Below the pieces are notes generated by a model. The model made no database searches, had not been told where the DNA came from, and saw only the letters and a program-made list of their open reading frames with translations. A program made the translations under genes and the position numbers. A stretch of DNA of 60,797 nucleotides from positions 1 to 60,797 of the IMG/VR virus record IMGVR_UViG_3300037357_000143; one strand, given 5' to 3'. This document shows, in pieces, positions 10,226 to 19,115 of this stretch. Position 1 is the first letter of the stretch. Each line of letters opens with the position of its first letter. The stretch is from a virus (Duplodnaviria > Caudoviricetes).

Positions 10226-10561
10226 ATGGATAGATATTGTTATGAATGCATCCACTTCAGGGTATATGAAGATGGTGATGGGTATAATGAACCTAGAACC
10301 GAAGAAATTAGCTGTAAATATGCCGAAAGTAAAAATAGTCAAACATCGGAAATGGTATTAGATATCATAGATAATGATGGAAATGCGAATGGTTGTCCCT
10401 TATTTGATGCAGGTAAATGTAGAGAATGTGGTAGAAAAATTGGTATGGATGAATCAATAGTGGTGTTGGGAATATATGATAGTAACACCGTATGTAGTAA
10501 AGAGTGTCAAAAAATATGTCAGGATAAGATAGATAAAATAATAAAGGAGGATATATTATGA
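10226..10561 (+). CDS. Cys-rich zinc-binding protein
   Basis: multiple CxxC pairs. Confidence 0.7.
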   Translation: MDRYCYECIHFRVYEDGDGYNEPRTEEISCKYAESKNSQTSEMVLDIIDNDGNANGCPLFDAGKCRECGRKIGMDESIVVLGIYDSNTVCSKECQKICQDKIDKIIKEDIL

Positions 10562-11061
10562 ATGCGTTAGAGAAAATTAAAAATTATATAACACAAAATA
10601 TAGACCTTACTTGTGATGAAGTGGAATTTAATACCGGTTTTATAACGGCGTTAATTTTATTTTATGCCCACAAATATATGTTCAACATGACAGGTTACGA
10701 TGACGATCTGCGGTTATATGGGGCGACAGATCATTTATTTGATATGGAAATACCAGAAAATTTAACCCCTGAACACAAAGAGCGGGTAGAAAACCTTAAA
10801 GAGTCTGCTTTAGATTTAAGAATGGAAATAATTAAACGAACTGATGGTGATAAAATATTTGCTGAATGTGAAACTATTATAAAAATGATAGCAGATGAAT
10901 TACCTGAGATTGACAAAGCATGTCTATATTTAATCTTCGATGACCAGGATAATTATGAGATTATAAAAGATGGCAGTGTATCAAAAAAATGGATAGAACT
11001 CCTTGTGAAAATAGACCAAGAACAATTTGGAATAGAAAAAGTATGTGTGAATTATCCTTGA
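10558..11061 (+). CDS. hypothetical protein
   Basis: GGAGG RBS. Confidence 0.75.
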   Translation: MNALEKIKNYITQNIDLTCDEVEFNTGFITALILFYAHKYMFNMTGYDDDLRLYGATDHLFDMEIPENLTPEHKERVENLKESALDLRMEIIKRTDGDKIFAECETIIKMIADELPEIDKACLYLIFDDQDNYEIIKDGSVSKKWIELLVKIDQEQFGIEKVCVNYP

Positions 11062-11062
11062 G

Positions 11063-11257
11063 GTGGAAAAAATGGGATATTTCAGTGTAAGTGAAAACGA
11101 ATTAGTCAAAATAGATTTAGATATTACTAGAAGAAAGGTAATGCTTGAATTTGCAGGTATAATCAATAAATTAGACATAAACGAACATGATATTACAGTA
11201 AAGGATATTATGAGGTTAAAAAAAATATATGATGGACTAAATATAGTGATGGGGTGA
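11063..11257 (+). CDS. hypothetical protein
   Basis: operon ORF. Confidence 0.6.
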   Translation: MEKMGYFSVSENELVKIDLDITRRKVMLEFAGIINKLDINEHDITVKDIMRLKKIYDGLNIVMG

Positions 11258-11618
11258 TTTAGAATGAAAGAAGACAGAGGAATGGAATGGTTTTATAATG
11301 AAGTATGTAAAAATTGCGAAAGTTATTTGACTAAAAATAGTTGTCCCCAAGACATTAAAGCTTGTATCGACGCAGAAATGTTAAGGGAATTTCAGCTCGT
11401 CACAAAATGGATGCCCGTAGGATGAGAGAATGCACAATGTGTACTAAATTAGGCATTATGCACGAGGGTGATGACCACAAAAAACCTATTACTTATATAT
11501 TTTGCAAAGACTCTCATAATAAAGTAGAATGCGAGGGCGATTTAGAAAAATGTTTAAAAGAGTTAAATAAAAATTGTTCATTAGTTTGATATTATTAAAA
11601 AAAAGGAGATAATAAAAA

Positions 11619-11747
11619 ATGAATAAAGAATTGTTAAATGAGATTTTGAATAAATATAAGATTTTTTGTGGAATTTTAAGTGAAGTAAATATAAATGAGG
11701 AAGATTTGAATAAACTCGAAGAAGCTTTAAAAAAAAGGAAGATTTGA
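11619..11747 (+). pseudogene. short paralog of 11789-12010, C-terminus altered by a 38-bp tandem duplication
   Basis: MNKELLNE...ILNKYKI...DLNKLEEALKK matches the next ORF; not in ORF track (42 aa). Confidence 0.55.
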
Positions 11748-11773
11748 ATAAACTCGAAGAAGCTTTAAAAAAA
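11699..11773. repeat. 38-bp tandem duplication
   Basis: GGAAGATTTGAATAAACTCGAAGAAGCTTTAAAAAAA(A) twice. Confidence 0.9.
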
Positions 11774-11788
11774 GAATGGTGATCATGG

Positions 11789-12010
11789 ATGAAAAATGAT
11801 AAAGAATTGTTAAATGAGATGGATATTGGTATTGAAGAAAAATATGAGGATTCTATTACGATAAGTGAAGGTGTTTATCCGATGGATTTTGATGAAATAA
11901 TCACTATTCTTGATAAATATAAAATTCAACGCTCAGGGATTTTAAGAGAAACTAGTATAAATAAAAAAGATTTAGATAACCTTGAAGAAGCTTTAAAAAA
12001 AGAATGGTGA
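11789..12010 (+). CDS. hypothetical protein
   Basis: GGTGA RBS; 36-bp 5' region 35/36 identical to 12722-12757. Confidence 0.7.
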   Translation: MKNDKELLNEMDIGIEEKYEDSITISEGVYPMDFDEIITILDKYKIQRSGILRETSINKKDLDNLEEALKKEW

Positions 12011-12028
12011 TTGACTAAGAGTTTGGAT

Positions 12029-12068
12029 GAAACCTTTTTAAAGGTTTCCAACTTTTTAAAAAAGGTTG
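12029..12068. repeat. two tandem AAACCTTT-N-AAAGGTTT-type palindromes
   Basis: GAAACCTTT-TT-AAAGGTTTC followed by CAACTTTTTAAAAAAGGTTG. Confidence 0.75.
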
Positions 12069-12087
12069 ATCAAAAGTGAGGTGATTA

Positions 12088-12411
12088 TTGATGGATAAAT
12101 GGAACAGATTAAAAAAATTATATAAGTGGAAGGTAGAATCGTTTAAAGACAATGAAGACCCTACATCACTGGATAAATACGATGATCTATGTAATAAACA
12201 TGTTTTAACTGAAATGAAAAGAATAGATGATAATTTTGATTATAATATCAAAATGGCGGGAATTTTTGTTAATGCAAGTAACGATTCCATTATAGATTAT
12301 TTGGAGAATATAATGCCTATTCATCCAGAATGGAACTTGAGGACTCATGCTGAAAATATAGGGATTAGAATTGCACAAATTGAAGATGAATTAAGTAACA
12401 AAGAGTTTTAA
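12088..12411 (+). CDS. hypothetical protein
   Basis: GAGGTGA RBS. Confidence 0.7.
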   Translation: MMDKWNRLKKLYKWKVESFKDNEDPTSLDKYDDLCNKHVLTEMKRIDDNFDYNIKMAGIFVNASNDSIIDYLENIMPIHPEWNLRTHAENIGIRIAQIEDELSNKEF

Positions 12412-12447
12412 TTAAACTTTTTAAAGGTTTCAGGGGATGAATAAAAT

Positions 12448-12651
12448 ATGTTCGATATAAATTTAACTTCAGCACCCACACCAGATATGATTATGAAAAA
12501 CCTTGTAGATGCTTTAAATAACCCAATATGCCCTAAATGTCATAGTACAATGGTTAAACAGTTCATAGGTTATAATGTCAATGGTGGGAGTAGTTTAAAG
12601 AAATCTACTTTTGGATGTCCTAACTGTGGATATTATATTCCACCTAAATAA
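12448..12651 (+). CDS. zinc-ribbon protein
   Basis: CPKC...CPNCG. Confidence 0.65.
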   Translation: MFDINLTSAPTPDMIMKNLVDALNNPICPKCHSTMVKQFIGYNVNGGSSLKKSTFGCPNCGYYIPPK

Positions 12652-12737
12652 AAAAATTGTGAATCATGACATAAAACTAAATATTAACAATTAGAACATA
12701 AACTAAAATGTAGATGTTCGTAGAATGGTGATCATGT

Positions 12738-13034
12738 ATGAAAAATGATAAAGAATTTTGGGAATGTTATGATAAATTAGGTGATGATATGATGGGTACA
12801 TTTGCATTTATGAGATTACCTAATGCCTCTGATATTTGTATGATGTGGAATAAAAAAGAACACCCATATAATTCTGAAAAAGATTTACCCAATTATCATC
12901 AAACTAAAACTTGTTTCAACTGCAAATATAGTGATAAAATGAGTTGTGGAAGCCATATCGAATGGAGTTGCGGGTTAACTTATGAATTTGTAAATGATTA
13001 TGATTGTGTTTGTGATTTACATGAATGGGATTAA
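12738..13034 (+). CDS. Cys-rich hypothetical protein
   Basis: CxxC...C...CxxH; GGTGA RBS. Confidence 0.65.
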   Translation: MKNDKEFWECYDKLGDDMMGTFAFMRLPNASDICMMWNKKEHPYNSEKDLPNYHQTKTCFNCKYSDKMSCGSHIEWSCGLTYEFVNDYDCVCDLHEWD

Positions 13035-13041
13035 TTTTTAA

Positions 13042-13064
13042 TTAAACTTTTTTTAAAAGTTTAA
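13042..13064. repeat. palindrome of the same family (possible terminator)
   Basis: TTAAACTTTT-TTT-AAAAGTTTAA just after a stop codon; related copy at 12413-12431. Confidence 0.65.
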
Positions 13065-13093
13065 AACATTAATTTAAATATAGGTGATAGAAT

Positions 13094-13369
13094 ATGGTTA
13101 GAATTGTTATAGATACAAAAAAAATAAAATTAAATATTGAAAACCTTTTTGGAGAATTATTACTGGATATTAAACAATTCTTGAAAATTAAGAATAAAGG
13201 CCGTTATGTTGTAATTGAAGAATCAAAAATGGATGGGTGTCCTCGCTGTCATTCACACCATATAAAATTTATTAAAATATCTCCAAATGGGATATGTAAT
13301 GGACAAATAAACGAATGTAAAGATTGTGGACAATGGTTTAATATTGTAGCAGATTATGATAAATGGTAA
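13094..13369 (+). CDS. zinc-ribbon protein
   Basis: CPRC...CKDCG; GGTGA RBS. Confidence 0.7.
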   Translation: MVRIVIDTKKIKLNIENLFGELLLDIKQFLKIKNKGRYVVIEESKMDGCPRCHSHHIKFIKISPNGICNGQINECKDCGQWFNIVADYDKW

Positions 13370-13384
13370 AAGGAGATGATATAA

Positions 13385-13597
13385 GTGATAAAAAAAATAT
13401 TAGATGAAATTGAGAATATCAATTATGAGGACATGTGGGAATATAAAGAAGAAATGGAAGGGATTTATATAAAAGCACTCAAGTCCGGCTCTAAAACAGA
13501 TTTATTTAAAGCCACTCAAGCACTTGAAAAAGCAGAGTTTCTTCTGGAAATTTGTGGTAGTTTTTTAAATGATGCTATGGAAGAAGAAATAGAGTAA
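13385..13597 (+). CDS. acidic hypothetical protein
   Basis: GGAG RBS; GTG start. Confidence 0.65.
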   Translation: MIKKILDEIENINYEDMWEYKEEMEGIYIKALKSGSKTDLFKATQALEKAEFLLEICGSFLNDAMEEEIE

Positions 13598-13604
13598 CTA
13601 TAAT

Positions 13605-13868
13605 TTATCCGAACATCACCTTGTGGTGTTCACTCTTTTCCTCCATCCCTCTATTTAAACCCAAATCAATTTGAGCTTCCTGAAGTTCCATTGATATTGC
13701 ATTTAACATCTCGTTTTTCTCATCCTTATCAAACTCGGGATTGTTGAGACTTACAAAAATTAATTCTTTAAGAACATCAGTAGTAAACATAATAGCTTCA
13801 CTTAATTGCATATCAGATATAAGCTCACCGATAATATTTTGTACAATTGATTGCGTTAAAGTTGTCAT
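13605..13868 (-). CDS. hypothetical protein, probably leaderless
   Basis: TATA-like box about 22 nt upstream of ATG; no RBS. Confidence 0.65.
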   Translation of the reverse strand: MTTLTQSIVQNIIGELISDMQLSEAIMFTTDVLKELIFVSLNNPEFDKDEKNEMLNAISMELQEAQIDLGLNRGMEEKSEHHKVMFG

Positions 13869-13887
13869 GCTGATAATAGAAAGTTGA

Positions 13888-13905
13888 GGATTAATAAAGG
13901 TTATG
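13888..13905 (-). promoter_or_regulatory. BRE/TATA-like promoter identical to 28449-28466
   Basis: CATAACCTTTATTAATCC on the minus strand. Confidence 0.6.
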
Positions 13906-14143
13906 GTGATTGACCTGATATTTCACAATCTGTACTACACCAACTTACAGTTGGTGTATCACAAGTTATGATTGGTGGATTATATGTCGGAACAATTCTA
14001 TCTGGATACCAATAATAAGGTCTATTCCTCAATTCTACCATTTGACCTTCAAGTCGAGCTATTTTTTCTTTAAGATCACTTATTTCTTTTAAGTGTTCAA
14101 TTTCTTTTTCAAGTTGAGTTATTTTATCTTCTTCATTCATCAA
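13901..14143 (-). CDS. coiled-coil hypothetical protein
   Basis: heptad N-terminus, Pro/Tyr-rich tail. Confidence 0.65.
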   Translation of the reverse strand: MMNEEDKITQLEKEIEHLKEISDLKEKIARLEGQMVELRNRPYYWYPDRIVPTYNPPIITCDTPTVSWCSTDCEISGQSP

Positions 14144-14325
14144 GAATCGCCTTCTTAGCTAACGCTATTTTTAGAAAAAAACAATTTCGGGATCTAAATC
14201 TAATTTTTTTCTAATCTTTCCAAAAAGAAAATTTCTTTCTAATTTATCAATAACATCAAGATTATAAAGTTTATCAATAAGAATTGCCTCTTCTGTTAAT
14301 TTTTCGAACCATTCAACATCGAATC

Positions 14326-14484
14326 TCATAAATAACACCTTGTATTTGTTGAATTAGATTCAATTCCAAATTCTTCTTTTAACCTTTGTTGTTTTTTAAG
14401 CATTCGTTCGGCTTTAATAAATTTTTTCGCCAATTTAATTTTCTTTTTAGCGTCAGCGATCAGCTCTACATTTTCCAAGTTCAT
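14326..14484 (-). CDS. small basic hypothetical protein
   Basis: GGTGA RBS before ATG 14484; ORF-track start 14553 lies in the promoter. Confidence 0.55.
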   Translation of the reverse strand: MNLENVELIADAKKKIKLAKKFIKAERMLKKQQRLKEEFGIESNSTNTRCYL

Positions 14485-14571
14485 TTTATCACCATAGGGT
14501 AGAGGTGTTTTTAACCTCTTTATTGCCCTATAGTTTATATAATATAAAGTCATAATATATAAGCTTTGTGG

Positions 14572-14587
14572 TATAACGATCGTTATA
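14572..14587. promoter_or_regulatory. 16-bp palindromic operator TATAACGATCGTTATA
   Basis: perfect palindrome beside the leftward TATA box; variants at 14622-14637 and 15266-15281. Confidence 0.7.
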
Positions 14588-14679
14588 ATTTATTGGAAAA
14601 AAAGGAACCTTATTTCGGTTTCATAACAATCGTTATAAAGTAGTAATACTTTTGATTTTGACCGGAAGACGATGTCTGG

Positions 14680-14767
14680 TCAAAAAAACTGACCCGGTCA
14701 GTTACAGAAACGATGGAAAATGCTTAGAATCCCTTCTAACTTACATGTCAATTAGAAAGGAACGCTT
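14680..14767. repeat. left arm of an ~88-bp imperfect inverted repeat
   Basis: matches the reverse complement of 15133-15222 in blocks (TCAAAAAAACTGAC, AGTTACAGAAA, GGAAAATGCTTAGAAT, TAACTTACATGTCA). Confidence 0.85.
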
Positions 14768-15132
14768 AATATTCTTTCTTTTATTATAATACATTGTAAT
14801 ATAGTTCAAATAATATAAAATTAAAAAAATAGAAAAAGGGTGTCTGTCATTATATTTTTAGTAATACTTTGTATAAAATAAGCGTTTAAATAGAAGAAGA
14901 AAGTAAAATTTCAAGAGATTTTTGATTTTTTAGAAAAAAACATTAATGATATTTTTATGCATAATATACTATATAAATGTATCGTAGGAAGAGAGTTTCC
15001 GGTATAAACATAAAGTAATACTTAACATCACAGAAATATAGAGAAGATCGTAAAAGGCAGGGGTCGAAATTTTTTTTGATCAAAAAAATGGAGTTACGAC
15101 CTCTCAGAGTCTCTCTTATCAAAGTGACCCCA

Positions 15133-15222
15133 AAGCGTCCGTATTTTCTAACTGACATGTAAGTTACAAGCAATTCTAAGCATTTTCCGCCATTTCTGTA
15201 ACTTACATGTCAGTTTTTTTGA
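15133..15222. repeat. right arm of the ~88-bp imperfect inverted repeat
   Basis: see 14680-14767. Confidence 0.85.
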
Positions 15223-15265
15223 ACAAAAATTTTAAGCAAGAAATTGCCCAGTAATACTTCCCGCA

Positions 15266-15298
15266 TATAACGATCGTTATGCACAAGTTTTATATACT
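15266..15298 (+). promoter_or_regulatory. operator palindrome plus rightward TATA promoter
   Basis: TATAACGATCGTTATG followed by AAGTTTTATATA. Confidence 0.7.
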
Positions 15299-15331
15299 AA
15301 TAGAAATATACTTTTATACAGGAGGTAGAGT

Positions 15332-15511
15332 ATGGTAATGAAAACAATACGTTTGACAAAAAAACAAATGGAAAAATTAAAAGAAATCAGTGAGATGATA
15401 AATAAAAATAATAGCTATTGTTCAACGACACAACTTATCCGAGACAGTATAGATCTTTTTCTTGAAAAGGATAAAAAAGAAATAGTTGAAGAATATAGTA
15501 ATTTATATTAG
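15332..15511 (+). CDS. ribbon-helix-helix (CopG/Arc/MetJ-like) regulator
   Basis: 59 aa, below the ORF-track cutoff: MVMKTIRLTKKQMEKLKEIS...STTQLIRDSIDLFLE; GGAGGT RBS. Confidence 0.7.
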   Translation: MVMKTIRLTKKQMEKLKEISEMINKNNSYCSTTQLIRDSIDLFLEKDKKEIVEEYSNLY

Positions 15512-15562
15512 GAAACATATATAAGTCAAAAGAAACAGACATATAAATAGGAGGAGATACGT

Positions 15563-15922
15563 TTGAAGGAAAAAGAAGTGTTAAAGAAAATAGATGAAAT
15601 TGGTGAAAAATTAGTGAGGTGCGAAGATCTAAGTAAAGAAGATGAAGAATTTCTTGAACAAGTGACTATTGATTACAATTTACCAGAAGCTTTTATTCAA
15701 AATAAAAAAATTTATGTGGAAATATTGTCCTTTTTTTCTGATTTAACAAAAATTTACAGTGTCGCATTAGTTATGACATCTCTAAGTGAAGTAATAGCTA
15801 ATATAATTAAAATAGATATGGAAGAAGTAGATAAACCTACGCTTCTCCATAGTGTACGTACATTTTTGAGTCCAGAATATCGATTAGATTTTGTTTTAGT
15901 GGAAAATAAAAAGGAGGGATAA
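15563..15922 (+). CDS. hypothetical protein
   Basis: GGAGGAG RBS; TTG start. Confidence 0.7.
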   Translation: MKEKEVLKKIDEIGEKLVRCEDLSKEDEEFLEQVTIDYNLPEAFIQNKKIYVEILSFFSDLTKIYSVALVMTSLSEVIANIIKIDMEEVDKPTLLHSVRTFLSPEYRLDFVLVENKKEG

Positions 15923-15924
15923 AA

Positions 15925-16347
15925 ATGGATAATTGTGAAATTTTACAAGTGATTAAAGAAAAATATCCATCGGCGGTTAGTATAGAACATGCAATTCCAT
16001 GTCCAATATTAAATGATCTTCCTCGTTTACGAGTGTTCTTCTTTAATAAAGAAGAAGCCGATTGGTTTGAGAAAGACTGTTTGGCACAAACTAGTACTGA
16101 CCCTAATTGGATGAGCAGAATATATAACAATTGTTATTATATTGTAGAATTTTTTAAAGAAGATATAGAAGAAATAGTCAAATTTTATCATGGAAATAGT
16201 GAACCTATTTTCCCAATGAGATTACCTATACTAAACGAAAAAAAGAGATTATATAGGAAAGTTGAAGAACTTAAAAGAGAAAATAATTGTTATAAAAAAC
16301 AAATTGATTGTTTAAAAATGAGGTTGGAAAATGTTCAAAAGAAATAA
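15925..16347 (+). CDS. hypothetical protein
   Basis: GGAGG RBS. Confidence 0.7.
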   Translation: MDNCEILQVIKEKYPSAVSIEHAIPCPILNDLPRLRVFFFNKEEADWFEKDCLAQTSTDPNWMSRIYNNCYYIVEFFKEDIEEIVKFYHGNSEPIFPMRLPILNEKKRLYRKVEELKRENNCYKKQIDCLKMRLENVQKK

Positions 16348-16873
16348 CGCAGAAGAAGAATATTATAAATGTAAATATGATTATACAAATGAAGAAAATA
16401 AAAAATTACTAGTGGAAAATACTCATTTAAAATATAAAATGTCAAGTTATGACTGCCAAGAAGCCGAGATTAAAAAATTAAAACAAAAAAATAACAAATT
16501 ACTAGTGGAAAATACTCATTTAAAATATAAAAAATGGAGAGCATATACGACGATCATTAAAAAATTAAAAGAAAAAAATAGCAAATTAGTAAAGGAAAAT
16601 GGATTTAAAGAAATTGAGAAAGCAAATTTGATATTTGAAAAAAGAAATTTAAAAGCAGAAATTAAAAGGATAAGAGAAAATAAAAAAGAACATCTTAGAG
16701 ATATGAGAATTAATGGTTTCAAAAATTATTGCCCTAACTGTGGAAATCGGGGACAATTGTATTATGATGATGAGGATGATAATATAATATGTGTACATTG
16801 TCTTCAAACATATTTTAAGAACAGTGGAGCAGGAATTAGCGGTTATAAAGACCTAGAAATGCCAGGGTGCTAA
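16331..16873 (+). CDS. coiled-coil protein with C-terminal zinc ribbon
   Basis: CPNCG...CVHC; identical 37-bp internal repeat at 16403-16439 and 16496-16532. Confidence 0.7.
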   Translation: MFKRNNAEEEYYKCKYDYTNEENKKLLVENTHLKYKMSSYDCQEAEIKKLKQKNNKLLVENTHLKYKKWRAYTTIIKKLKEKNSKLVKENGFKEIEKANLIFEKRNLKAEIKRIRENKKEHLRDMRINGFKNYCPNCGNRGQLYYDDEDDNIICVHCLQTYFKNSGAGISGYKDLEMPGC

Positions 16874-17944
16874 ATGATAATAGGAAGATACGACGAGAAA
16901 TTCCATTTCAAAGAGGTATTTAATACTGAGACTGGTTTCTCTGTCCGAACTGGAATATTAGATGAAAATGGTGAAGAGACGGAAGAAAACCCCTTCCAAT
17001 CTTCTTTCCCCCCACTCCTTGATATAGGCGTATGTGGAACGTGTAATACTGGTTTAAACGGCAAATGTAATGTTAAATGTTATCAATCAGGAAATGTCAA
17101 GCAAGAACCTAATATGAGTCTAAACGATTTTCGTGAGATTATATGCCAAGCAGAAAAGGGAGGAACTTTTCAAATAGCTATCGGGGGCAGAGGTGACCCC
17201 AATAAACATGAAGACTTCGAGAGATTGCTCCGTTATGCCCGGCGTAGTAATATTGTGCCAAATTATACTACCAGTGGATATGAATTAACAGACCGTGAAG
17301 TCGAAATAACAGGGAAACATGTGGGCGCAGTGGCAGTAAGTGAACATTTTGCTCAATATACTAGAGAGGCAATCGAAAATTTCGTAGCTGAAGGTGTGAA
17401 AACGAATCTACATTACGTTTTAAGTAACGACACAATCGGTAATGCTATAGAAATGTTGAAGAATGATGGTTTTGATAGGGGACTAAATGCAGTAATATTC
17501 CTTCTTTATAAACCAGTTGGGCTACAAAAAACTCTCTCTTCTATTTTAACACCGGATGATCCGATGGTAAAGGAGTTTTTCCAATTGATAGATAAGGAGA
17601 GTTATGATTTTAAAATAGGGTTAGATTCTTGTTCAACTCCTGGGGTTTTTAATTTCACCAAGAACATAAATAGAGACAGTATAGATGGTTGTGAAGCGGG
17701 TTTATTTTCCGCTTTTGTCACTCCTGATATGTTTTTACTACCATGTAGCTTTGAGCAAGACCGAAAGTATGCAGTTAATCTTCGAGAATTTACAATTCAA
17801 GAAGCATGGGATAGTCCAGAGTTTGAAGATTTTAGAAGTAAATTAAAAAAACAATGTCCAAAGTGTGAAAATCACGAAGATTGTAGTATATGCCCAATTG
17901 TACCAGAAATAACATTATGTAACAGAACTGAAAAGGAAATTTGA
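16874..17944 (+). CDS. radical SAM/SPASM domain protein with atypical Cys spacing
   Basis: CGTC-x7-C-x3-CYQ cluster motif, GGRGDP, NYTTSG; SPASM CEAG...PCSF...CxxCx5CxxC. Confidence 0.9.
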   Translation: MIIGRYDEKFHFKEVFNTETGFSVRTGILDENGEETEENPFQSSFPPLLDIGVCGTCNTGLNGKCNVKCYQSGNVKQEPNMSLNDFREIICQAEKGGTFQIAIGGRGDPNKHEDFERLLRYARRSNIVPNYTTSGYELTDREVEITGKHVGAVAVSEHFAQYTREAIENFVAEGVKTNLHYVLSNDTIGNAIEMLKNDGFDRGLNAVIFLLYKPVGLQKTLSSILTPDDPMVKEFFQLIDKESYDFKIGLDSCSTPGVFNFTKNINRDSIDGCEAGLFSAFVTPDMFLLPCSFEQDRKYAVNLREFTIQEAWDSPEFEDFRSKLKKQCPKCENHEDCSICPIVPEITLCNRTEKEI

Positions 17945-17963
17945 ATATTTGGAGGAATAAAAA

Positions 17964-18479
17964 ATGAGCAAGTACAAGTTGGATTTTGTCACGAATAGTA
18001 GTAGTACGTGTTATGTGTGCGAAATAACCGGAGAAAGAGAATCAGGAATGGACGCAGATGCCGAAGATTTAGGTTTTTATTTATGTTCAAATGGGCATGA
18101 ATATTTAGAAAAATACCGGCTCGACCATAAGAAATTTTTCCCTAAAGAAAAGGCAATAGAATTTTTAGAAGAAATAATAAAAGAAAGTAAGTGCACAGAT
18201 AAAACAGGGCGTTATAAAGAATACTTAGAAAAACTAAAAATAGATAATGAATTCGCAGATGAAATAATTGGAGATTTAACGGAAGAAAGAAGCTTCGGCC
18301 GATGTTCTGATGGTGATGGCTCGACGATTCTTTGTCCAATTTGTCAAATGGAATACATTCGAGATAAAGATATGCTTAAATTTTTCTTAAAATTAAATGG
18401 CAAAAGGGAAGATGTTGTTAAATTAATGAAAGCGCAATACCCTACTTACGAAGATATGAGAAGGGATTTAGATGGATAG
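17964..18479 (+). CDS. DFVTNSSS-motif protein 1 (with zinc-ligand motifs)
   Basis: DFVTNSSSTCY at residues 7-17; CxNGH and CPIC. Confidence 0.8.
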   Translation: MSKYKLDFVTNSSSTCYVCEITGERESGMDADAEDLGFYLCSNGHEYLEKYRLDHKKFFPKEKAIEFLEEIIKESKCTDKTGRYKEYLEKLKIDNEFADEIIGDLTEERSFGRCSDGDGSTILCPICQMEYIRDKDMLKFFLKLNGKREDVVKLMKAQYPTYEDMRRDLDG

Positions 18480-18849
18480 TGACCCTCCTCTATGGATTAA
18501 AGAATATGCACGGAGAGCGATAGAAGCTCACATAAGTCGTGGGTTCTTTGTTGATATGGGACAGAAACAATTAATTGAATTCATCAATGAGAATTTAGAA
18601 CATGGTTGTAATTATTGCGGTTGTGAACTTAAATACATTGATACCAATTCATCTAAAATAAAACCGTGGGATATTGACCCACATTGCATAAGCCTTGATA
18701 TTATTAATCCCAAGAACCGTAGTTTAAATAGAAAAAATATTCAACTTCTATGTCATGAGTGTAATCTAACTAAAGGACACCATAATCATCAAGAACATAT
18801 AAAATATTGCAGAGATTTGGCGGTTAGATTTGGAGAAGCGTGGGGATAA
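18472..18849 (+). CDS. HNH/His-Me finger-like protein
   Basis: CxxC...SLDIINP...NIQLLCHECNLTKG. Confidence 0.65.
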   Translation: MDSDPPLWIKEYARRAIEAHISRGFFVDMGQKQLIEFINENLEHGCNYCGCELKYIDTNSSKIKPWDIDPHCISLDIINPKNRSLNRKNIQLLCHECNLTKGHHNHQEHIKYCRDLAVRFGEAWG

Positions 18850-18899
18850 TTTTAAATAACATAAAAAACAAATAATATAATAGTGGAGGTTAGATGTAA

Positions 18900-19115
18900 A
18901 TGTATATAAAAGAAGAAAATAACAATTGTAAGTGTTGTGGGGGAAGAGGGACACAATTTAATCATAAAACTGGTTTAACAGTTCATTGTCCTTGTTGCCT
19001 TGGAACTGGGAAAGAGAATAATTTCAAAAAAGATCGAATTATATGGGAAGGAAAACCGCTTACTGGGAATTTGATGGAATATGGTGCGAGTGAAAAGAGA
19101 TTTTGTTACAAATAG
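18900..19115 (+). CDS. DnaJ-type zinc-finger protein
   Basis: two CxxCxGxG motifs. Confidence 0.65.
   Translation: MYIKEENNNCKCCGGRGTQFNHKTGLTVHCPCCLGTGKENNFKKDRIIWEGKPLTGNLMEYGASEKRFCYK

Noticed and set aside
11699-11773. 38-bp repeat as a possible CRISPR array
   Set aside because: Two adjacent copies with no spacer, inside coding sequence.
14955-15173. 72-aa minus-strand ORF inside the symmetric locus
   Set aside because: No RBS, overlaps the inverted-repeat arm, and has no protein-like features.
16403-16532. 37-bp direct repeat as a DGR template/variable pair or att site
   Set aside because: Identical in-frame copies within a coiled-coil gene; no adenine-specific differences and no reverse transcriptase or integrase in the window.
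16874-17944. Radical SAM protein as the NrdG activase
   Set aside because: It has a SPASM domain, atypical Cys spacing and lies 33 kb from nrdD beside the motif-bearing genes.
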